Below, in pieces: positions 1-7,415 of a stretch of 32,000 bases of DNA. Each line of letters begins with the position of its first letter. Positions within the stretch are counted from its first letter, which is position 1. Both the position numbers and the translations under genes were made by a program. The stretch lies in the NCBI GenBank assembly GCA_965224465.1, contig OZ245049.1, forward strand, positions 3,750,001 to 3,782,000, given 5' to 3'. This DNA is from Flavobacteriaceae bacterium (GTDB lineage: Bacteria; Bacteroidota; Bacteroidia; Flavobacteriales; Flavobacteriaceae). The notes under the pieces were generated by a model. It was not told where the DNA came from. It made no database searches and was given only the letters and a program-made list of their open reading frames with translations.

Positions 1-1
1 T

Positions 2-1708
2 ACGTTTAGAATGGACACACTTGAAGATCTAGAAGAAGAACTTGCAACCAACAGTAAGGAGTTTTTGGGGGAAACAATTTCCTTGCAAACGATTCCTGCA
101 AATGGTTTTGAAGACCGTTATGGCGAATTGACGTTTAAAGGTATTATTACCGAAATAAAAATCATAAAAGGGCATGAGGTAAGTGATGGTGATAAAGTAG
201 TTATAGTGGCAAAAAGCCCCGATTTTTTAACAAATGATGGTCCGCATTTTGCGTCTTACAACGATGTTTCCCTCTCAGAAATTATTGATAGTTCGTTTGA
301 AGGCTATGATACTTCAAAATTAGAAGTAGACATACGCCCTCAAAACAACCCTAGTTTGCATTATTCGGTACAGCATAACGAAAGTGCTTTTACGTATGTA
401 AGTAGACTTGCAGCACAATACGGAGAGTGGTTTTATTACGATGGAGCGAAATTAGTATTTGGAATGCCTGGTACCGAAGATTTAGAACTTACCTATGGAT
501 TTGATTTAGTAGAGTATCAGATACGTTTGATGCCTCAGTCCAACAATTACAAAATATTTGCAAATGATTATTTAACCGATGAGGTACAAGAAAAATCAAC
601 AAGCGAAATCAATGCCGGTTTAAGAGGTTTTGGAGGCTTTGTTTCTGAAAAATCAAATGCCATTTACAGAAAAGAAACAAAAATTTGGCACAATCTATAC
701 AGCGATACAGAAGTACAACAGCGTTTAGATACAGCAGTGGAATTACAGAAAAAAGCGATTGATGTAAAACAAGTAAAAGTACAGGGGGTTTGTGATAATC
801 CAGGGGTGAAAATTGGGAGTGTAGTTGTAATAGATGGGAATAGATACAGAATTATAGAGGTTACACATAGCAATAATGAAATTGGCGATTATACAAATAA
901 TTTTGAAGGAATCACCGCAGATATAAACGCATATCCATACACCAACATAAACGCATTTCCAAAAAGCGAAACACAGGTAGCTACCGTAAAAGAAAATGCA
1001 GATCCCGATGGATTGGGGCGCATAAGAGTGCAATTTCCATGGCAAGTGGAGTATAGCGAGTTAACTCCTTGGGTGCGCATTGTAACACCACATGGAGGAG
1101 CAAATAAAGGATTCCATTTTATACCAGAAATTGAAGAAAAAGTATTGGTAGGTTTTGAAGGTGGGAATGCAGAACATCCTTATATATTGGGGAGTTTGTA
1201 CACGGGAAATGCCAAACCCGAAGCGTTTAAAACCGACACCAACGATGTTAAAATTATAAGAACCCGCAGCGGACACACCATTGAACTAAATGATAAAGAT
1301 GGTGAAGAAAAAATACATATCTACGATAACGAAGGAAGTATCATCACTTTTGATACCCAAGCAAAATCCTTGTATATACAAGCTACGGAGAATATTGAAT
1401 TCCAAGCAAAGAATATTAAACTAAAAGCGAGCGAGAATATAGAACTAAACGCCGATCAAGAAATTAAAATAGCAGCAACGGGTAATGCATTATTAGCATC
1501 AGAGGCAGTTATAAACATACAAGCAGAAAGTGATGTTAACGTAAGTGCGAGTTCAAATATAACCATAGAAGCCACTAGTAATGCGAATTTTAAAGGACAA
1601 AGTGTTATTGTAGAAGGGCAAACATCAGCTGAATTTAATAGTGCCCAAACCAAAATTACGGGTAGTGGAATGATTGATGTTTCAGGAGGAATGATAAAAA
1701 TAAATTAA
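2..1708 (+). CDS. vgrG: VgrG (TssI) T6SS spike protein, 5' end cut by window edge
   Basis: The frame of ORF 11..1708 stays open to the window edge. Position 2 aligns to codon 37 of the complete copy at 16633..18447, with about ten aa differences. It carries the gp5-like OB-fold signature VRIVTPHGGANKGFHFIPEIEEKVLVGFEGGNAEHPYILGSLY, followed by beta-helix-like repeats (ENIEFQAKNIKLKASENIELNADQEIKI...). Confidence 0.9.
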   Translation, partial: TFRMDTLEDLEEELATNSKEFLGETISLQTIPANGFEDRYGELTFKGIITEIKIIKGHEVSDGDKVVIVAKSPDFLTNDGPHFASYNDVSLSEIIDSSFEGYDTSKLEVDIRPQNNPSLHYSVQHNESAFTYVSRLAAQYGEWFYYDGAKLVFGMPGTEDLELTYGFDLVEYQIRLMPQSNNYKIFANDYLTDEVQEKSTSEINAGLRGFGGFVSEKSNAIYRKETKIWHNLYSDTEVQQRLDTAVELQKKAIDVKQVKVQGVCDNPGVKIGSVVVIDGNRYRIIEVTHSNNEIGDYTNNFEGITADINAYPYTNINAFPKSETQVATVKENADPDGLGRIRVQFPWQVEYSELTPWVRIVTPHGGANKGFHFIPEIEEKVLVGFEGGNAEHPYILGSLYTGNAKPEAFKTDTNDVKIIRTRSGHTIELNDKDGEEKIHIYDNEGSIITFDTQAKSLYIQATENIEFQAKNIKLKASENIELNADQEIKIAATGNALLASEAVINIQAESDVNVSASSNITIEATSNANFKGQSVIVEGQTSAEFNSAQTKITGSGMIDVSGGMIKIN

Positions 1709-1724
1709 AACAAATAAATAAATT

Positions 1725-2417
1725 ATGCCAGGACCAGCAGCAACAATATCACACATGCACACATGCCCTATGTATAGTGGAACAAGCCCACATACTGGCG
1801 GCCCCATTATAGGCCCGGGAGTGCCAACAGTTTTAATAGGAGGAAAACCTGCCGCAGTAATGGGGGATCAATGTACCTGTTCGGGACCACCCGATGTAAT
1901 TGTAGAAGGTGTTTCTACCGTATTAATTGGCGGGAGACCCGCAGCTACTATGGGATCGAAAACAGGTCATGGAGGCGTAGTAAGCATTGGAGATCCTACC
2001 GTACTTATTGGTACAAGATGTAGTGCTCCTACCGCAATAATGCCCGTGAGTAAAATACCTTTTCCTAAAATATCTTTTAAAGATCGTATACTGACTTCTT
2101 TGTCGGGGAATTCATTGGCAGAAGCAGAAGCGAATCAAGCTGCTTTGAGAGAAGAAGAGGAAGGTGAGCCTCGTGTTTATAATTTACGTTGGATAAAAGA
2201 AGAAAGGCTAACCAAAAAATCTTCAGTACTAACACAAGTAACATTAAAGGCAAGTGTCGTTAATTTTGATGATGGAGAAAGTGTAACCTTTACTATTAAT
2301 TTACCAACCAAAGAAAAAGGAGGGGATACAGAACAGGTAACATTAACTGGAACAGTAAGAGATAAAGAAGTACAAGTGGTTTGGGAAACTAAGGATAAAC
2401 CAGAACAAACCTTATAA
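1725..2417 (+). CDS. PAAR-domain spike-tip protein with variable C-terminal extension
   Basis: Repeated PAAR-type motifs (LIGGKPAAVMGD, LIGGRPAATMGS, TVLIG) and Cys/His-rich loops. It starts 16 nt after vgrG. Codons 1-149 are near-identical to 18464..19177; the last ~80 aa are only distantly similar. Confidence 0.9.
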   Translation: MPGPAATISHMHTCPMYSGTSPHTGGPIIGPGVPTVLIGGKPAAVMGDQCTCSGPPDVIVEGVSTVLIGGRPAATMGSKTGHGGVVSIGDPTVLIGTRCSAPTAIMPVSKIPFPKISFKDRILTSLSGNSLAEAEANQAALREEEEGEPRVYNLRWIKEERLTKKSSVLTQVTLKASVVNFDDGESVTFTINLPTKEKGGDTEQVTLTGTVRDKEVQVVWETKDKPEQTL

Positions 2418-2422
2418 AAGAT

Positions 2423-5392
2423 ATGGCAGAGGTTGTAGAAGAAAAAAAAACAGGACAATATAATGGTATTCTGTATGAGTGTAGTTTTACGGCAGAGGGT
2501 AAAGGAGTTACCTGTGTAGAGCAGCCTGTACTTAAAGTGGTTAAACCAGGTGTGCGAATAAATTTGATGCGTATAGCCTTGATAAATAGAACACCTAAGT
2601 TTACGCCTTTAATGCTAGAGGGGGTTGGGAAAGATGAATTTATGCCATTGGAGACCCCAAAAGGTGCTCCAGACGTAGAAGGGTTAAGCAACTATGTATA
2701 TGCAAGTACAAGCTTAAGACCCGGGTTTTTATATGTAATCAACGAGAGTGATTCAGATGGTTGGAGTGAATGGGAAGTAGGATTAGGAGGGTGGCTTAAA
2801 GAGATAGATAAATCGCAAGCAGAAAGTGATTTTAGAAAAGTCACATCAGATGCTGTAGTAATTGATCAGTATGTTGCAGAACCTACAGATGTTTTGTGGT
2901 TTGCGTACTCAGAAATACAATGGAGTGCAGATTATTTTAAAAGCATGCGTGATGATAGTTCTAAACGGGGCACTCGTATGCAAAAATATGACTTAATTAA
3001 ACATGTTAATAATGAGTCTCAAAACGATGCAGCATCTTGGGATATAATGAAAAATAATTTTCTGATTATCCCCGAAAATAAATTGGATTATAATGTTACA
3101 CAACAAAATTATACAATAGCTTCTTTTGATGAAACCAATAATACCGAAAGTTATAAACTGGATGCTATCCTATGTCTACATGATCCAGTAGGGATATTTA
3201 TAGAACATTTTTGTTATCTAAAATACCTATGGAATAAGATGGATTATTTAATGATTTCATTAAAAATAGGGAAAGAAGTTAGCGATATAGAAAGAGCTTT
3301 GGCAAAAGGTCAAGATCCAAGATTATTACAAAACGCTGAAAAACTTGAGCAAATAGATGCGCTTTACAATATTGCTGTTAATATACGTGCTGTTGCTTTT
3401 TCAGATCAAGAAAGTATAGATAAAATAGGTGATAATATTGATGCAAAAAGGTTAAACAAAGTATTAGCTACTGAAGAACGATTGCTAATTAAAAATAAAA
3501 TTGTCAAAAGTAAAATGGTTTTTGCAAAATTTATTGAAAGTGATTATTTTAAAAGAATAAAGCAAGATTATTTTGAGAACACTCCTAATGTAATAATGGA
3601 AGGAAAATTTTTATTTGCTAGTTTAATGGTTGATTTGTGGAAACCTGCAAATTTTAAAGACAGTTTTTTAGAAACCGTTGACGAGAGTGCACAATGGAAT
3701 GCCAGTACAAAAGAAGGAAAAGAGTTTATTATAAAAGTATTAAATCGTAAAAATTTCTTAGGAAAATTATTTAATACCGTTACACTCTTAGAGGATGTTG
3801 AGGAAAATTCAAACAACCTAAAACTTATAAAGATTATCGATGCACTGTTTGATGTGGCAAAAGGGGTTGCTGAAGAGGGTGATGAAGTACTGAAACTGTG
3901 GGTTGCTATGATGAATAGTACTCGCTTAAAAATAAACGGGAAGGTGGTAGTAGCAACTTTTGAGCTTACTACAATGGCTAAAGAGTATAGGAAATCTTAT
4001 GTTGGGCGCTCCGACTTTGTGAAAAACACATTAAACATCAATAAAAAATCCTATAAAAAATTCAAAAAAGCAACAAATGAACTGAGTGAAGGGTTTATGG
4101 AACTTATGGAGTCCAAACAAATTAAGCTTACTGCTAGTTTTGAAAAAGCGATAAAAAGTGAAACTTTAAATGGCATGAAGAATTTTCAAGCTAGCTACTT
4201 CTGGAGGAAATTAATGCGTAGTCTTAGTTTTGTTAATCTTGCCTTGGCAACAGCTGCTCTTAGAAAGTCAGATAGTAAATTTCAAAAACTTTTAAATATA
4301 AGTAAATTTTTAACCGCTATTTCCGAGGTAAATGTACAGGTACGTAATGTAAAAGCAATGCGACTGGTTGGAGATGAATTAGAAGTTTTTAAAATAGCTA
4401 CAGAGAAGTTGTCAATTAGAGTGATGTATGCGGGAGCTGTGATTGATATAGCCGAAGCAGGGCTTAATTTTTGGGAACGCGATTACGATGCGGCTTCCGC
4501 GTATGCAGGAGCGGCGGTCACAGGATTATTGGCAGCTTTAATATTAGGGGGTACAATAAATATATGGAATCCAATAGGATGGGGATGTCTTATATTAGGA
4601 GCTTTGCTTGGTTTTTATGCAGCTTATTTGGAAGACTCCCCTTTAGAGCGTTTTGCTAAAAACGGAGTATTTGGTAGCATTCCTTCTAAGTATATATTTT
4701 GGAAAACTGTTGATTTTGATGAGAATAATGGTTATTTAAAGTATATAGAGGAGCATGTAAAAGAAACAACTAGAGTTGCTTTACATAAAACAGGCTTTGG
4801 TGATTGGGCAGACTATCCTACGCAATACAAGGATTTTATGAATATTTTAATAGGAGGTAGAATACATATTAAAATAAATAAAAATGATGAAGTAGAGATA
4901 GGCGAAACAATGAAAGCGGGTTCGTATGCCGATAAATCGAAAGTCATATTAAAAACATTTCTAATAAAAAAAATACAAGTGACTGCCTTTTTTGGTAGCT
5001 ATTTAACAGATAAAGAAGCATTAGAATATCATGTTTTTTACTTGCCTCAAGGTTTTGGAAAGGAAGCAGAAGAGGTAACTACTTTTTTATGCCAAAGTAA
5101 TATTACCATAAGTACTCTCAAAAGCCAAGTGCCAAAAGCACATTGGTCTATTGATTTAGAGTATCTTTATGATGTTAATAAATATTCTCAGATTATTATT
5201 ATGTGTCGTTTAAATATAAATAACAATCAATTTTTTCCAATTCCAAAAAAAACAATTCCACGTTATATTGCGGTAACAATACCTGTGATTCGAAATGATT
5301 CGCAGTCAGGATTTGTTTATAGAGATGGTCTCAATGATCGTGTTTATGTTGGGACACAACAAGAATTACTAAATAAAAAAATATGGAAATAG
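2423..5392 (+). CDS. Large T6SS effector, VasX-like N-region plus glycine-rich TM helices (putative membrane-disrupting toxin)
   Basis: 989 aa, starting 5 nt after the PAAR stop. N-region motifs are shared with 19189..22542: KPGVRINLMRIAL, LRPGFLYVINE, WSEWEV, LWFAYSEIQWS, LCLHDPVG. These resemble the VasX N-terminal / BTH_I2691-type effector pattern (PvRYal, lRxGwlYv, vqWs, lxDPxG). Hydrophobic Gly-rich helices lie at about 4430-4635 (AYAGAAVTGLLAALILGG...GWGCLILGALLGFYAAYL). Confidence 0.6.
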   Translation: MAEVVEEKKTGQYNGILYECSFTAEGKGVTCVEQPVLKVVKPGVRINLMRIALINRTPKFTPLMLEGVGKDEFMPLETPKGAPDVEGLSNYVYASTSLRPGFLYVINESDSDGWSEWEVGLGGWLKEIDKSQAESDFRKVTSDAVVIDQYVAEPTDVLWFAYSEIQWSADYFKSMRDDSSKRGTRMQKYDLIKHVNNESQNDAASWDIMKNNFLIIPENKLDYNVTQQNYTIASFDETNNTESYKLDAILCLHDPVGIFIEHFCYLKYLWNKMDYLMISLKIGKEVSDIERALAKGQDPRLLQNAEKLEQIDALYNIAVNIRAVAFSDQESIDKIGDNIDAKRLNKVLATEERLLIKNKIVKSKMVFAKFIESDYFKRIKQDYFENTPNVIMEGKFLFASLMVDLWKPANFKDSFLETVDESAQWNASTKEGKEFIIKVLNRKNFLGKLFNTVTLLEDVEENSNNLKLIKIIDALFDVAKGVAEEGDEVLKLWVAMMNSTRLKINGKVVVATFELTTMAKEYRKSYVGRSDFVKNTLNINKKSYKKFKKATNELSEGFMELMESKQIKLTASFEKAIKSETLNGMKNFQASYFWRKLMRSLSFVNLALATAALRKSDSKFQKLLNISKFLTAISEVNVQVRNVKAMRLVGDELEVFKIATEKLSIRVMYAGAVIDIAEAGLNFWERDYDAASAYAGAAVTGLLAALILGGTINIWNPIGWGCLILGALLGFYAAYLEDSPLERFAKNGVFGSIPSKYIFWKTVDFDENNGYLKYIEEHVKETTRVALHKTGFGDWADYPTQYKDFMNILIGGRIHIKINKNDEVEIGETMKAGSYADKSKVILKTFLIKKIQVTAFFGSYLTDKEALEYHVFYLPQGFGKEAEEVTTFLCQSNITISTLKSQVPKAHWSIDLEYLYDVNKYSQIIIMCRLNINNNQFFPIPKKTIPRYIAVTIPVIRNDSQSGFVYRDGLNDRVYVGTQQELLNKKIWK

Positions 5393-6252
5393 ATTTAGAA
5401 TACCAACATGCACAAAAATTTAAGAGTAAATACTTACGGCCTTTGCCTTTTGTAATTCGTACAGATTCACTTCAAATTGATATTAAAACCAAACAGAATA
5501 AAAAATTATACCCTATTTTTAATAACAATTGTATCAAACGATTTATTCCTTCAAATAAGAATATTTCAAAAATGGATATTTATATGCATATAGGTATTTG
5601 TTCCTTTTTTTGGATACTAATACCTATAATTGAACTTATAGATAATGGAGGTATTGATATGATCGTTTTTGCTTTTATAATTCCTTTAGGATTGCCTTTT
5701 CCTTTTATGGCTTATAGGTCTTTTAAACAATATAACATAGCTCCTGAACAAACTTTTGTTACTTTTGATCGGCTTAATAGCTTATTAACAATGCCTACAT
5801 CAGATGAACAAAGTTATTTTACCATACCTTTTTCACATTTAATCGCGGGAGAGGCTGTAACAGGAACCAAACATACTTATGGAGGTAAGTTTTTAGCTTT
5901 TATAAATGATACCAAACCTGTAATGTTCCGGCCATGGAGACCAGACGATTATATATCTTTAAATTATGCAGCTACTACCCCAAAAGAGATATGGTCATAT
6001 TACGTTTGGTATATGGATAAAAACCGTCCCTTACCTGAGTGTGAAGCTTTTGATGAGTTTAGAGAAAAAGATTTTGAGCGTCGTAAATTAGCAGGGTTTC
6101 CGCCACCGTTATTTAAGAGTAGGGTTCCAACCCCAGAGGCAAGCCTGGAACAACAATTACTACGTGAAACTTTTTGGAAAGACGAAGATTATATGGCTAC
6201 AAAAAACGAAGCTTTTCACAGTATATTTTTTAAAAGACCAAAAGAGAAATAG
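5383..6252 (+). CDS. Putative 2-TM membrane immunity protein (WYMDKNRPLP family)
   Basis: The ATG overlaps the effector stop (ATGGAAATAG). Two hydrophobic helices (GICSFFWILIPII, MIVFAFIIPLGLPFPFMAY). The C-terminal motif YVWYMDKNRPLPECEAFDEFREKDFERRKLAGFPPPLF is shared with 11926.., 13585.. and 22536... Confidence 0.6.
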   Translation: MEIDLEYQHAQKFKSKYLRPLPFVIRTDSLQIDIKTKQNKKLYPIFNNNCIKRFIPSNKNISKMDIYMHIGICSFFWILIPIIELIDNGGIDMIVFAFIIPLGLPFPFMAYRSFKQYNIAPEQTFVTFDRLNSLLTMPTSDEQSYFTIPFSHLIAGEAVTGTKHTYGGKFLAFINDTKPVMFRPWRPDDYISLNYAATTPKEIWSYYVWYMDKNRPLPECEAFDEFREKDFERRKLAGFPPPLFKSRVPTPEASLEQQLLRETFWKDEDYMATKNEAFHSIFFKRPKEK

Positions 6253-6308
6253 AGTGCTGTTTTTAAGTTGAATTCTAACAACTAAAAATCCTGTTAGCAC
6301 AAATCTAC

Positions 6309-6403
6309 AAGCAATGCATTCGCGCGGATTTTAAATCCGCGCCAGTAACTGATTGTCTGCTAAGAATGTTTCGCGGAAAGGTTTACGGAAAAAGGTGATT
6401 TAT
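6309..6403 (+). repeat. Conserved 95-nt junction element, copy 1 (21-nt palindrome 6322-6342, stop-TTG start, first 17 codons)
   Basis: aagcaatgcattcGCGCGGATTTtAAATCCGCGCcagtaacTGAtTGtctgct...aaaaaggtgatttat recurs at 14382-14476 and 23339-23433. It always follows a membrane-immunity gene. Confidence 0.85.
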
Positions 6404-6910
6404 GCATCATTAGAAAATACAGATGATGTTTTTGAGTTTTTAAGTAATGAAAAAAAAGATGGAAAAGAAGAACAATATTTTACAAATATTAAAGCAGGAA
6501 CAAAATTAAAAACAAGCCTATCTTACAAAGTAGACATTAAAGCAAATACACCCATAAAAGTACTTAAAATTAAAGGAGATTATGCACAAATAAAAGTAAC
6601 ATCTATTACTGCAACCTTAGTTAGAGATACCGATATTAATGATAACGTAAAACCATTTAATAGCAATAAACTTTATACTATCAAAAATCTTACTACGGTT
6701 AATAAAGCATTTAATGGTCTTGCAACTAAAGATGCCACATTCAATACAAAACAAGTAAAAGCACCAAGAAATTGGAGAACAAATTTAAACAGAACTGTTA
6801 CCTTTTACCCAAATGGCTATGGTAAAGTGATTTGGATAGAAAAAACATCTATTTCCAAAATAGCAGAAAAAATAAAAAAAATTAGATATAATTACCTCAA
6901 TTATTCCTGA
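6353..6910 (+). CDS. N-terminal ORF piece of the frameshifted PG effector
   Basis: 185 aa, near-identical to residues 1-176 of 23383..26361. The TTG start directly follows an in-frame TGA. The tail IRYNYLNYS is out-of-frame read-through. Confidence 0.6.
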   Translation: MSAKNVSRKGLRKKVIYASLENTDDVFEFLSNEKKDGKEEQYFTNIKAGTKLKTSLSYKVDIKANTPIKVLKIKGDYAQIKVTSITATLVRDTDINDNVKPFNSNKLYTIKNLTTVNKAFNGLATKDATFNTKQVKAPRNWRTNLNRTVTFYPNGYGKVIWIEKTSISKIAEKIKKIRYNYLNYS

Positions 6911-7415
6911 CTATTTTTTAACAGATAAACAAAAATACGAAACAGTTGAAAGAGAAGCCAAAACAGGAGAAAAAACTACATTATATGTAGATGTATGTAA
7001 GGCATATATCGAAGTCCCTTTTAGAACCGATGTAGAAGAAGTAACTGTAGAAAAAGAAAAAGTAGTTGACTTACGTAAATTTAAAAAAGCAAAAGACGAT
7101 AAAAAAGACCTTTGGTATAAAGTAGTATTAGATGATACAACTAGTAGCCAATGTGTAGCAGTAAAAGGCTGGGTAAAAGAAAAGGATCTTGACAAATTTA
7201 GCGCTTACGATTGGCAAAAATTTGGTTTTAAAGATCTAGACGCAGGTAATGAATACATATACTCTGTAAAAGACTTACGTGAGGCAACAGATAGTGCCGA
7301 TTTTGTAACCGAAATTTGGGATAAAACAATAGATACAGATGGCAATAAAGTATTAGATATACTAGAGCTTATTAGAGCGTTTAGTAAACCAGAAATAGCA
7401 CAAAAACTATCTCGT

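Noticed and set aside
743-1045. Antisense ORFs of 60-100 aa nested in the long + strand genes. Several recur in both islands: 743..1045/17482..17784, 1061..1276/17800..18015, 1456..1653/18195..18392, 7619..7879/27699..27959/30432..30692, and 12649..12867/21513..21818.
   Set aside because: They recur only because the underlying DNA is duplicated. They lie entirely inside strongly supported + strand genes and have low-complexity, Cys/Phe-rich composition with no motifs. They are shadow ORFs of AT-rich coding sequence.
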